DNA of 64,000 bases, from the NCBI GenBank assembly GCA_002269645.1, contig NIVC01001593.1:199859-263858 (forward strand). Reading direction: 5' to 3'. A model generated the notes under the pieces. That model did no database searches. It saw nothing but the letters and a program-made list of their open reading frames with translations, and was not told the DNA's origin. Within the stretch, counting starts at the first letter, position 1. Each line of letters begins with the position of its first letter. Positions 13,048-33,300 of the stretch are shown here, piece by piece. The position numbers and the translations under genes are program-made. The DNA comes from Macrostomum lignano. Lineage: Eukaryota.

Positions 13048-13752
13048 GGACTGAATGAACGGATAGACAACTGCTTGATTGATTGAACTGAGTGAACGGA
13101 CAGACAACTGCTTGATTGATTGAACTGAGTGAACGGACAGACAATTTCTTGATTGAACTGAGTGAACGGACAGACAATTTCTTGATTGAACTGAGTGAAC
13201 AGACAGACAATTACTTGATTGATTGAACTGAATGAACGGACAGACAACTGCTTGATTGAACTGAATGAACGGACAGACAATTGCTTGATTGATTGAACTG
13301 AATGAACGGACAGACAATTGCTTGATTGATTGAACTGAATGAATGGACAGACAACTGCTTGATTGAACTGAATGAACGGACAGAAAACTTGATTGAACTG
13401 AGTGAACGGACAGACAATTGCTTGATTGAACTGAGTGAACGGACAGAAAACTTGATTGAACTGAGTGAACGGACAGACAATTGCTTGATTGAACTGAGTG
13501 AACGGACAGACAATTGCTTGATTGAACTGAGTGAACGGACAGACAACTGCTTGATTGAACAGAATGAACGGACAGACAACTGCTTGATTGAACAGAATGA
13601 ACGGACAGACAACTGCTTGATTGAACTGAATGAACGGACAGACAATTGCTTGATTAAACTGAATGAATGGACAGACAACTGCTTGATTGAACTGAATGAA
13701 CGGACAGACAATTGCTTTATTAAACTGAATGAATTAATAGACAACTGCTTGA
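13048..13752. repeat. 33/37-bp minisatellite, about 20 copies
   Basis: Unit TTGATTGAACTGAGTGAACGGACAGACAACTGC, with an optional extra TTGA. Confidence 0.95.
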
Positions 13753-14633
13753 ATAAATAAAAACAATAATTTAAATAATCGAAGGCCTTAAAATAAGGAA
13801 ATTAAAAAACCAAGGCAGCAACTGATGTAAAGTTGAGTTAAAATAACTTTCTTGAAATAAAAAAGTTTATTTAATGATATATCGGGGTTGTAAGGAGCTT
13901 ATATTTGAGTTAAATCGGTTCTGCATGGTTCAATAAACGTGACAAGCGGTCAGGACTCAGACAACCTTGAACCAAAAATAGGCTTTAAGCAAAGTGATAA
14001 TTCAAATTTTGTTTCAGATGCCTCCCTACAAAGTGTGCGTGTGCTAATCTGTATTTAATAAAATGATTACGTCATTCATACCATTCGAATTTCACTACAA
14101 CAATTTTGTACACTATTTATTTGAATACATTGCTAGTGGTGCCGTGTTCTAAGTAGCTCAGGAATTTAATATGCCAAAACTATGACCGCCTAATAGAGTC
14201 CCAACAAACCAAACAGTTTCATTAGCTACTAATAGTAGATTGTGGCTACCCGGTCTAGGCTACTGGTGGTTTCATACTGATTCGAATTTAATAGTTGCTG
14301 TCACAATGTTCCCCTGATGCTGATGTTTTTAATCTTTTTATGCAAGATTAAAGAAGGAAGACAGAAATTCAAGATATTAATTCGAAAGATGTTTAAATAA
14401 AAAATGCAACGATTTTAAAAGGTTTTAGTTCCTGGATGCAATAAGCAATTAGGCAATTACTATACCACTGCGCACTGTTTACTGGCAAAGACCACCGATA
14501 AAAGTCTACACATTCCCTATCCATTATTCCATGGCCTTATCTCAGCTCGCTTACTCTTAGTTGACGTCACTTTACTGAATACCTGTATGTAGTATCCTAG
14601 GTTGACCCTAGTTTCTGTTTTTCAAAGAATCAC

Positions 14634-15381
14634 TACTACTACTACTAAATAAGTAATAAGGCGCCTCAGCCATTGAACAGGCTCTTACGCCACTAGGAAT
14701 GAATTAGGATCCAAGTTGGGAGTGTACTAATGTACACTAGGTTTCTAAGCTAGGCTAAAAGAAACTGTGGCCATCAAGCCGAGCAGGCGACACCAGTCGG
14801 GCTGAGGGCGGGGCCTACCCCCTACCGTCGGGGCGTCGCACCTACTCCAAACTCAAATCAAAACCTCCCCGGGGCTAGAGGGGGTTGAGTGAACCAATCA
14901 GGGAAGCCCGTGCCTTCTCCGGGGTTAGGAATGCCAAAATACCGGTCAAAAGACCGCCCCCACGGCCGTGGCAACCCGAAGGAGCCTCCCCACCCACTAA
15001 ACCCCGGGTACTCTTGCCAGACAGTCTCTTATCTTTGAAGCGGCAAGAGGGCTAATCGCCGGGACTATTTCACCCTTTGCTTCGCCAACCCGCCATTTCT
15101 ATAGTGACCGTGCCAACGGTCTCGTCCTGGTCAGATTCAGTCCTGGTCCTGGCACACTCCAGCTTTAATAGAGTCGCTGGTATGTTCACCAGAGGACACT
15201 CCGAGGGAGACCGTCAGAGCATCAACTGGAACAGGTATAGGCCTGCCTTCCTATACAGCTACCCACAGCCCTTCCTGATCGACTATTACCCAGCCTACTA
15301 ACTTATTACAAGCTTTCAGCCAGGCAGAGACAAGTGTCACAGGGATACTGCGGTTAGGCGTCTCTATGCGAGACAAGACCA
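14634..15381 (-). mobile_element. 748-bp non-coding non-LTR-type retro-insertion with 20-bp target-site duplication and (TAG)n tail
   Basis: TCTGTTTTTCAAAGAATCAC occurs at 14614-14633 and again at 15382-15401. The minus strand ends in a stem-loop (GGCG TAAG AGCC TGTTCAAT GGCT GAGG CGCC) followed by TTATTACTTATTTAGTAGTAGTAGTA. GC-richer than its flanks, no convincing ORF. Confidence 0.8.
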
Positions 15382-16401
15382 TCTGTTTTTCAAAGAATCA
15401 CAACTGCTCTATACTTTTATAAACTCTCAAGCCCCTTATTTCTCCCCAGTAATAACATTTCCCAAGCCTGACTACTAATAGTAGGGGAAAAGCGAATCTA
15501 CTTCGCTTTTCTGCTATATAACAGTAAGTTAATTTAGAGACGATTTTTGACATACATGCATTTAATCAAACGCACTAATACCAGCCACTTGTGTCAAGCT
15601 TCTCAAAGTATCGTGGTGTCCTTTGAGCAGAATATTCGGGTGAAAAAATAAGTTGTTGGGGCAAGAGTCAACAGTCCCAGTGACCAACGCCTGAGCAAAA
15701 TCACACGAAACAAAAAGGAAACCAAACTACTCGTTTACTGAAGATGGATTTAGATGATCAGATTTAATTAACAATATAGTAAGAAGTTACTAACAAGGTC
15801 AACTGAAAAAAAATTGTTCAATCTACACGGGTGCTGCGCAATAGTAAGCAGCAGATCCATACTGACAGAAAAAATAATAAACGAAAACTTTTCGTCTTCT
15901 ACGGGATTAAAACAGCGAAAAGTGTACTACAGAAGCAAAGACTAATAATTAACGAATAGGATTTGCCTTGACAAGTTTCACGATTTACAACCAAATAGTT
16001 AACTAACTAGCTAGAGAGATCAGAAATCCAAGTGTGCTGAATAACATTATTAAAAATTGATTGGGAATCTAAGGAATCTGTTGCGATGTATTGTAATTGT
16101 AATTAAGTTGAAACGGTACTAAAAATACTGGATGAGCATTTCCCGAAGTTTATGTTTAAATAGAAATGTGAGCTACTTATAATTCAGCGTCTGTTTGGAG
16201 TTTTTTGGATAAATTTGCAAAAAAATCAACAGTACACACAATTATAATAGCGACCTATTTAGTGTTTCATATATAAACTTGAATACATTCTAGAAAAATC
16301 AGACACTAAAATGACGCTGATTGTGCATACAAAATGTTTGATTGAAATTTGATATTAATAATTTATAGTCAAGTTATCTATAGCAGCTTAAGTAGATCAA
16401 C

Positions 16402-23528
<7,127 letters not shown>

Positions 23529-24096
23529 TTTTTAATCTACTGCAGCGACTGACTGGACGCGGCTAACTCACTCAGCTTGGCTAATGCTCAATCCGATTCA
23601 ATAAGAGGGCACGAGGGGGATAAATGGGCCAAGATAAAATCGGATGACCTTTTCGGCACAAGTCTATCCTCTGTGCGCAAAAGAAAAGATAATATAGGTA
23701 CACTGGGATGAGTGCCTTAGAGAGATTAGGCATGTATGGAGAAGGAAAATGCGCCTTCATGCGGCTCATTGGAAGCTTTGGTATTGAGGACAGAGAGACG
23801 GGCGGAAGGGAGAGGGAGAGACGGCACGTGTGTTGGGGAAAGGATTAAGAGGCTGCAGAACTGCGGTTGGTTGGAGAAACACCGAAGGACTGACTGACTG
23901 GGGGAAAAGACGATTTTCTTCGAAATTGCTGCAGAGGTTTCAGGCCAAGCGCACTCCTTTAGTTAAACTGCATGAACCACTTAATACACCTGCCAATCTC
24001 TTCAAGATGCCGTTAGTCACTGGCACAGAAACCGGGAAAGCTAAGATTGAGCACAATAGAACTTTATTTCTGAATGAAGCTACATCTTGGAAAGGA

Positions 24097-24395
24097 CAGC
24101 TGTAAACTTCTGACAGAAAGCACTGATTACATACTACCGAATGCTCAAAGCTGTAAACCACTGACAGAAAGCACTGATTACATACTACAGAATGCTCAAG
24201 GCTGTAAAGCACTAACAGAAAGCACTGATTACATACTACAGAATGCCCAAGGCTGTAAACCACTGACAGAAAGCACTGATTACATTCTACAGAATGCTCA
24301 AGGCTGTAAACCACTAACAGATAGCCCTGATAACACACTACAGAACCCTCAATGCTGTAAACCACCGAGAGATAGCTCTGACTATACACACTACA
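24097..24395. repeat. 51-bp minisatellite, about 5-6 copies
   Basis: Unit GCTGTAAACCACTGACAGAAAGCACTGATTACATACTACAGAATGCTCAAG, degenerating at the right end. Confidence 0.9.
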
Positions 24396-25439
24396 CTAGA
24401 GAACACTGAAGGGGCTTCAAGCGATTCACGATCTCATAATGGATGTACATCACATAAGACATCCATCATCTTGCATCGTTCTTATCGACACAACCATCTT
24501 TTATTTATATAACACATAAGCTCAATGGAAGCTAAATCGGTAAATCCATCAGACTTGTCTCTATAGGGCCAGACGCAACGAAGATTTGACCTAAAAATAT
24601 CGCAGTACAGTATGTAGCTCCTGTGTGATAAGCAATGCATAGTAAGTATAATATTTAAGTTGTGCGCTAGCAATGCATCTCAATCCAGGGCTAGTCCCAC
24701 TGGGTCAATGTGCGTAGATGCAAGTCAGACGAAATATGATGTGAAGCAAGTGAAGGCAGAGCAGAGAGCACTTTAAAAAGAGCGAAAGAGACGGGCACCA
24801 ATAGACAGTAGCGGGAGCCTAGGCCACTTCTGGGTGCGCTGGACCACAAGCACGCTGCTTCAGCATGTCAGACTCTCTCTCCATGTCCCTGTCCTTCTTG
24901 CCACGTCTCTACACCCCCCCCCCTCGTCATCCCGCAGGCTTTGGTAGAAAGCCAGGAAAAAAAAGCGCGAGCAAATTTAATCATGCGAACGTGGCAGGAC
25001 TTGGGACGACCGAATAGGATGGAGGACGGCTGGCGGCTCTCCTAAATCAGCGGAACTGTGCGCGCGCTAAGGCAGGCCAACCAACTTGTTTGCCGGCATG
25101 GAGAGAAAAAATTGGCGCAGAGAGTAAAGCAAGAAGTCGACAGTAGCAGACGCGGCGTTAAACATAGCTGCTGATAGCTCAGAATCTTTCATCGGGTTGA
25201 AAGTCCGGGCAGGTTTATAAGAATCGCAGGCGTGTACAAGCGCATTGCAAACGAATTGTATAGTTGTGGCGGGTTATTCAAGAAATTCAATATATGGTCC
25301 TTTCGCATCCCAGGAAGCGACGCTGGCGGCTGTCTCAGAACAAATTTTATATATCAATACCTTTGGTCAAGTAATATATCACACAACAGATAGGCAAGTT
25401 TTGGAGCACCCTTTTTCAAGATCGTGGGTGCACTAATCA

Positions 25440-25935
25440 CCCGGTGTGTGCGCGTGTCCATGTAGTCAATCCAGCAGATGACCCCACAAACGAGCTGTCT
25501 ACGTTTTGGAAGATTACCGCAAGTATTGAGCTTGAGCTGCCTCTGCGTTAGATGAACCTAACTGTGAAGAGAGCTGGTCAGAGGACTATCTCGAAGGCTT
25601 TAAGCCACAGAAGCTGGTAAGGCATGAGCCCCAGAAGTTGATACCCTACCAGTGAGACTCACTGCACAGGGAGTTTGGTGTAGTGTTCGCTTTTCTCCTG
25701 TGGAATGGCTCTCACTGGCTGCCGGAAGTACCCTGATTTGAGACCGCAGTTTCACCGTTAAGTCGGCGAGTCAAGCCAAAAATGTTTAGTTGTTCGCAGT
25801 AAACCAACCCCCACTGGTCAAGCCTTGAGTCTTGCCCTCCAATTACTTATATGCGGGAGGACCCATCACTCCCGCTGCAGAGCATAACTAAGACTGATCC
25901 ATGCCAGCATTAGGCAACCCCGGTTAACAACAGCA
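25440..25935 (+). mobile_element. Possible structured non-coding interspersed repeat with an (AAC)n-like tail
   Basis: Nested inverted pairs CCAGTGAGA/TCTCACTGG and CACAGGGAG/CTCCTGTG, hairpin GCGGGAG..CTCCCGC, ends TTAACAACAGCAACAA. No TSD found. Confidence 0.3.
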
Positions 25936-26608
25936 ACAAGTCTGAATAGACAGCATTAGTTGTCTTTGTATGCAAATGTAGGCCCTAACAGAGACAGGAC
26001 TTTAGAAGTGAGAAAACTTTCCAATTTCAAAACTTGAACTCGTAAAGTTAAAGTTTGGGATTAAGACTACTGCGTATAATGTCAGATTCTTGCAATCATA
26101 ATAACTAAAAGTACAATATAAGAGTAATTCTTAATCAATTGCTGCTATATATATTTCTTCATTACTATTATGAAAGTAGCAGGCCCAGTGAACTATTCCA
26201 TATATCTATCTAATAAAGGCAGTAGTGCGGGAGAGGAGCTTGAGAAGTGAAACAGGAGCATTGGGAAGCAGGCCAGGGGAAGTTGAAGCCGGAGATTTAC
26301 CATCGATCAGAGGAAATCTCTAGGCAGGGCAGACCGCCAATTCCTATAGGGAACTAAGAAGAAAGGTCTAATGCCCAGTGGCTAGGGAGGGGAGCAGTTC
26401 AAACTTTAGGGCTGGCCATAGGCGATGGTGATGAGGTGCGGGTACTCCCACTAACGAGACATTCGATCAGCATCCAATCTGCGAGGGGCCCGGATGCCAA
26501 ATGAGCGAGCTGTAGAATTATTGGCTTATCGTAGAGTAGTGCTTTATAATGGTCTCTGGCTTTAAGCTTTAATAGTCCAATTGCTGGGAAAGTTCAAGTT
26601 GAATCACT

Positions 26609-27107
26609 CAGGTGGTCAAGGGATCACAAGGGGGATTGCATGGGTGGTCAAGGGATCACAAGGGGGAATGCACGGGTGGTCAAGGGATCACAAGGGGGAT
26701 TGCATGGGTGGTCAAGGGATCAAGGGGGATAGCACGGGTGGTCAAGGGATCAAGGGGGATAGCACGGGTGGTCAAGGGATCACAAGGGGGATTGCACGGG
26801 TGGTCAAGGGATCACAAGGGGGATTGCACGGGTGGTCAAGGGATCACAAGGGGGATTGCACGGGTGGTCAAGGGATCACAAGGGAGATTGCATGGGTGGG
26901 TGGTCAAGGGATCACAAGGGAGATTGCACGGGTGGTCAAGGGATCACAAGGGGGATTGCACGGGTGGTCAAGGGATCACAAGGGAGATTGCACGGGTGGT
27001 CAAGGGATCACAAGGGGGATTGCACGGGTGGTCAAGGGATCACAAGGGGGATTGCACGGGTGGTCAAGGGATCAAAAGGGGGATAGCACAGGTGGTCAAG
27101 GGATCAA
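26609..27107. repeat. 32-bp G-rich minisatellite, about 15 copies
   Basis: Unit GGGTGGTCAAGGGATCACAAGGGGGATTGCAC. Confidence 0.95.
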
Positions 27108-28215
27108 GACGAATTGCTCGTGCACGCTATAAGTTGTCGACCTTGTCAACATTGTCAACCCCAACCCCCAGTCCCCCGACCCCGCCGAGTTCAGCACCCA
27201 TCCAATTTGATTAGAGCAGTATTCTTCGCAAAATATACATACTCGTAGGTTAGCAGTCTCTTCTCCAGAGAACTCTCCAGAGTACGTGTTGGTTTTTTCT
27301 GTTCGTTTGGCTCGTAGCCATAAACTAAAGCATCGAGGACTCCGGAGACTAGCCCAGAGGCAAACCTATCAATAGGAACGGCTGATGCTAGCAAAGGAAT
27401 CAATGGATCGAAAAGAAATCGCACAAATGGCCAAAATACTCTATAAACAGATTAAGGGAGGGGGTTGCGGATGGCTAATTATTCCATTACAAGTGCATAC
27501 CCAAGGGCCAATAGTCTACAAGGCACAACGCAACAGCCTACTGTAAAGGGAACACAGATTTTCCAGTAGCTTTGTCAATATCTGCCTATTTACACACCAG
27601 GGATTCACAAATCTATTCGAAAATCTATAGAAGCTGCACTGCTTTTAGCTTTTAGTAAAAGTTTTTACACACATTTCATACATTCTTATATTTGTGATCC
27701 TCTGGTCGCAAGCAGGAAAAGAGGGATTAAGGTGTCCTTTTGGGTGGGGACCTTCGTGCGGGAAAGTCTCATAGATCCTACTTAAAGCAGTAAACAATGC
27801 ATACATCATATTTATACTAGGGTACGCAGACGCTTAGCGATAAGAACGAAAAGGTTAAATTTAAGTGAAGCTCGAGAACCCCGTATAAGTTTCAGTAGTT
27901 GACAAGTTTATACAGTTTATATAAAAATTTCTGAACTCTAAGGAGCAAGAGTAGGCAGATTGTCAGAGTTAAAGCGGTTCCCAGGCTTATGCGCCAGCAA
28001 CGAGGCAACAACTAGCACAGCGATAAGATAAAATGTGAGGCCGTGCTCGCAAATCAGCATTTCCAACTTGCATTAAGAGATTTCAGAATTTTTGTTTTTA
28101 TTAGAAAATAACGCTAACTTTTGAAACAGAATTAACCTGTTAGCCTTTGTTTAAAACGAATGTGTTGCATCTATCTGCATCTGCATGTAATCCAATATTC
28201 AATGGAAATTCCTTT

Positions 28216-28507
28216 GGGGGTTTTGTAGCCTAGTGGTCAGAGCGTCGGACTTACGACTGGAAGGTCAGGGGTTCGATTCCCAATCCCACTCGAAATAATT
28301 TGTGTCCTTGAGTAAGACACTTAACTCTGCATTGCTTCAGTTCACCCAGCTGTAAAATGGGTGCCAGCATTAGCTGGGGGTAATTGAGGCTGTGTGTGTG
28401 GCAACCCCCCAGTCCTTGGACTGAACAGCCGTACGCAGCCTTCAGATGCGCCGCGCAATAGCTGCGGCTGAGCTGCAATCAAATATATTATATCATTATT
28501 ATTATTA
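28216..28507 (+). mobile_element. tRNA-derived SINE with a Meta/CORE-like central domain, copy 1
   Basis: A box TAGCCTAGTGG, B box GGTTCGATTCC, central TGTGTCCTTGAGTAAGACACTTAACTC...CACCCAGCTGTAAAATGGGT, (ATT)n tail. Homologous to 41491-41731. Confidence 0.85.
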
Positions 28508-30399
28508 CAAGCATAGGAGCCAGTTTCACAGAAATCATAGTGAAAAGATTTTGACTCGACCCATGCTCTAAGAAATTCTAAGAAAGACGAATTAGGGTAG
28601 CAGAGGGCCCCACAGCTTTAATTACAGTTAGGGCTACAATAATTAACTTGGAAAGCATCAGCTCAAGCTGTTTCAATTAATAATTAACAAGAACAGCAGT
28701 CATAAGTGCACACTGCAAGCGAGGTTGTTGGATTTCTCGGGCAAGCATATATAAAATTCTAACTTCCACACAGGTTGGACGCTACATGGAGAAGTACAGT
28801 TTTCATTTAACTTAACATTCAATTCTTGAGAAAGTTGAATTTTTATAATGCAGAACAACAAAATTTGAAGCTGCAAAGCTTGAAGAAAAAACATCCAGAA
28901 AGAGAGGCGCTCTCTAAACTACGCAGTTATACAAACCCGAAATTTGCTAATAATAACGAAAATGCTTGCCTTGATCCATACGCATAATGGACTAATTTTA
29001 AACAACTGGGGTCAATGCGCTTAGCAATTCAGTGTTTTGAATGTTTTCCCGATAAAAACGGAACCTACAAGGCCAACAAGCGTCGTAGAGTCACTGAGTT
29101 GCGTCTGCGTCACTTCGCATTCATAACAACTCTATTTAGTTAGTCTACTTGACTTTGTAGCAATTTAAACGCTAACACAACGAATCTTCGGCGACTTTTT
29201 CGCAACTCTTCTACGATTCTGCAACTCACGTGATGTGCTCGCGACTCAACAGTCGCCTTTCCGTCACATTGCAGTCGTTTGAGTGGTTAAAGAAGTCACA
29301 CGAGTTGCTAGTGAGTTGTTTGCAATGATTTTAGCGATTCTTTTTCACGGTATCACGGTGACGGTTTTAACGAATTCGATGGTGGGGCGGACCTCGCATC
29401 AAAGTCCGGGGGTTCGATTCTGCACAGAGTGGCTAAATGAATTTATGGTTTCAAGCATCCAAAATAAGGAAATGCTGATGACCAGATAAGCGGGCCGACT
29501 GTAACTCCCAACCCCCCGGTGAAAATTAACCTCTAGGAAACTAAAAAATGGATCGAAAAAGAAACGGAAGATGCGCGATGATGTATTAATAAAAAAATAA
29601 ACTTGCCTCGATAATAAAATGCCGTTTGAAGCTTTCAAAATCTCGACTGTTTTTGACGCGGAAAACAGTTTAGGAAGGGAAACTCAAGATTCTAGTTCAG
29701 AGATATATGTAGTGGCGGACAGAAACCTACCCTGCAGCCAATGCAGATATTGGCTGCTACGCCATTGGACAGGCTGGCACGTACAGCAAGTTAATTCTCT
29801 ATCCAAACATGTCTAACCAATTGATGGAATTAAAGCGCTTTAAAGCAATCGAACAGCATGGATTTTAGAAAATCACAAACGCAATTAAAGACTTTGTCGT
29901 AAAATAAATCGATAAAAATCGGAATAATTATAATTACATAATCTGTAAAACATCAAAAAAGACGCAAAAAATATTCTGCTTGCTACTAAGAGTAGCTTAA
30001 TTAGTAGTATTTATTAAGGTTAAATAATCAGCGCGAGAATGAAAAACGGATAAAAGCATTGAATTGAGAAAGAAGAACTAAAAAATGCAAAGTATCCAAC
30101 TTACTTGCATTAAATAACAGGAGCCTAGAGAAACAAATGGAAATTAGGTCAAAAAGTACAAGACAAAAAATTCACACATGGAAATAAAAATCTAAATAAT
30201 AGGCAATAAAATAGAAATAAGCTTATCAACACTCACCGCCGCTAGTGTAGCTCTCTGTAGCTGATTGCTCACCAGCTCCAGCTGCAGCCTGCTTCATCTT
30301 GGTTGAAGCTTCTTCACCACTGACTTGTGCTTCAGAATCCAGCAAGATTAAATCAGTTATGCTAAAAATGAAAACTTAAATACAAAATGTTGAAACATT

Positions 30400-33300
30400 A
30401 CTATTAAATATTAATAATTAATTTTGACTGACAAACATATTAAGTAGCAAAACCAGAGATGTGAGATTCAAGACAACAAGCTTGGTTGTGGCATTTGTAT
30501 TTTGTATCAAATAATCTTGAAGCTTTAGAAAAAGTTGAGACAAATAATTTTTCCTGTATATATGCTTGTACCCCTTACAAGCATTGATCAGTTTTGCAAT
30601 TTTGCAAACTTGTAATCTGGTTAGATTGGCTAGGTATACATGCATATAGGGTGCTAGTTATTTTGTCAAATGCTTTTTCATCCATCAGTTTATCAAAAAT
30701 CACTGGACAAAATGTCAATATTCAATGTTTTTATTTAAGAAAATCATTCATAGAAAATGACATACATTTAAGTATTTTAATAGCTAGAGAATCCTCTCTA
30801 GTTGCTTTGCTTCCCTAGAAAACAACATTCACCCTGCTCCACCTTCTACTATACAAAGTGTTTATTTTTACTATATGAGAAGGAAAGGGTATTCTATGCA
30901 CACAGCTTAGTCATTGCTTCATTTGCCTATTCATGCCTATATGATAGCAAACCTGGAGAGAATGAAAGACCTTGCTAAATTTCTAAATCTCTATTATACT
31001 CTTAGATAGGCCTACTAAAAGAACTAGATGGGCCACTCAGGCATACATACTTCATAAAACACCTTTCTACTTTTAGTTCAGTAGCAAAGAAGAATACATA
31101 TGCTATTTTATTAAAAAGGTTGCTAAAAAGATTGTGATAAGTTTAGAAGCCCAAGCTTTCAGGTATAAACAACTTGCTAATTGGTTCAGCAATAATGTAT
31201 TTTGTAAATGTACATGGTAGCTTTAGGCTGGAATTCTAAGAAAGGCAATAAAAACTGGGGTGGGATGGAGGGTCAGTATAGAAAAGCATGGTTAGAAGGT
31301 TTAAGCTAGGGGATAAGAGCCAATAAATGAGCCTTGGCTTTAAACTACATTAAAATTCATCTGTTTAACTTACTACTAAACTGAAAATAGCTTACATTTA
31401 TATGCAAATGTGCTAAGTGGCCTATCTAGTTATTCTAGTCTAGTATCTATAGATATATTCAAAGTTGATTAAAGCTTTAGACTTTGAAAACATAGTTTCT
31501 TTGCCAAAATAAATGTTCCTAAAGATATGATTCAATGGTTATGCCCCATCATTAACCTGCCTCAATATAAAGATTCAATCTATATAACTAAATCTAAAAT
31601 TGATTACTATCTTTATCAATAAAAGCCTTTAAAGGCTAAGCTTTTCAAATACATTTATTTATAGCCTATAGCTTTACACTAGCTCAAATAACTAGTTTCC
31701 TATAGGAAAACTAGGTAGAATAAGTGATTTAAAAAAGGCTTTAAGACTAACCTAGTATAACTCCTAGCCTAGGGTTGCTTTCTAGAAGATTTAGGATCAC
31801 TTTAGAACTTTTGGCTTCACTAAAAGCCAAAATGATGATATAGTGCAATGTGACAAGGTGCCACATAAGGCTAAACTTATGTTAATAAGCTATTATAGCT
31901 ATAGATTTGCTATTCTCTTTAGGTACAATATAAAATTTTGACTTTTAATTTTTATGAAATTGTAATTCACTTGTAAAAATTCTGAATTTAGGAAAATCAA
32001 AATCAAAATCTTAGAACATCTCTAACCATTATAAATGAAAAGTGTATAGGCCCTTTCCACAGAGATATTAGGCCCCTTCCATGTATATTTGTTTGCTGGA
32101 ACAGCAGCTAGCAGAAAGTGGGCAGTGTGCATTTAGAAAAATTTCAAAAGTGCACTGGACGCTGTCCGCAGTTTTACAAATTTTTCCTATAGGGCATTAT
32201 GATAACAATTGCTATGGTAGTTAAGTCAGAAAATAAATGCTTTTGTATTTTTAAAATTAAACAAAAATAACCTAAATAAATTATAACATAAAAAGTTATT
32301 ATAAAATCTAAAGCCAATATAATATCAAACCATTTTTTATTTTAACCCAACTTTTTATAGAATTAGACATACTTTTATAGTATTTTATAGTATTAGATAT
32401 TTTCCCTAAGCATTTTAGGTCTAAATCTAAGGTTAACTTTTATAAATAGGCCTAGCTAGGCCTATTATTACAAAGGTTAGCAACTCTAGCAAGTAATCAA
32501 AAACATGTCAAAATTAAAAAAAGTATTAAAAAGAGACTAACTTTGACTATTCTGATAGAAATGTTATGCAAAAAAGAGAAAAATTTATCTAGCAGTTTTT
32601 CTGCAATGTAGAATTGAGGCAGGCTACTTTTCTTTACTGTAATAAGATTAGAAAGACAAAGCCAATAAAAATCTTTTTTTTTTAGTATTTATGGATATTT
32701 ATGGTGAATAAAAATAAAACTTTAAAAATTCTGAGGTGCATACTGCTGCCTCTGTCTCTCCCTGCTAATTGAATGTTAAAAGAGGGTTTGCAGTCTTTAA
32801 TAGGCCTATGCAAAGTTTCTAATATAGAAAGTTTGGAAATCCTTTGGTTTACAATCACCGTCTATTTTTCCAGTTTCGGTTTATGATCACCTTATATTTT
32901 GCTTACTGCAGTGCAAAAATGGTGTGTTCAAAACTAAGACATAAAAACCAACAGTAGTTTCAAATGGAAAGAAAGCAAAAGTTGGCTGATCAACTAACTT
33001 TGTTTATTTGAAATGAAAAGATTTGTACATCGGTTCACTAGTAGCTTATATATATATCACCTTTGGTTTACGATAATCTGAAGCTGGCTATAGGAAAGCA
33101 TGTCAACCCTAGCTTAGTATAATTAATCTTCAGTGCTGCACCCCCCCTTACTTTCAATTTACGATCACTTCTATACATGCACTCCATTGAAATGATTGTG
33201 AACCGAAGCTGGCTTTAGGAAAGCATGTCAACCCTTAGTACACTTTCTTATGGCCAGCTTTGGTTCATGATCATTTTAATAGGCAACATACATTTGGGTG

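Noticed and set aside
14634-15381. Hammerhead ribozyme (retrozyme/Penelope-like) here or at 25440-25935
   Set aside because: No CTGANGA...GAAA core with flanking helices found by eye on either strand.
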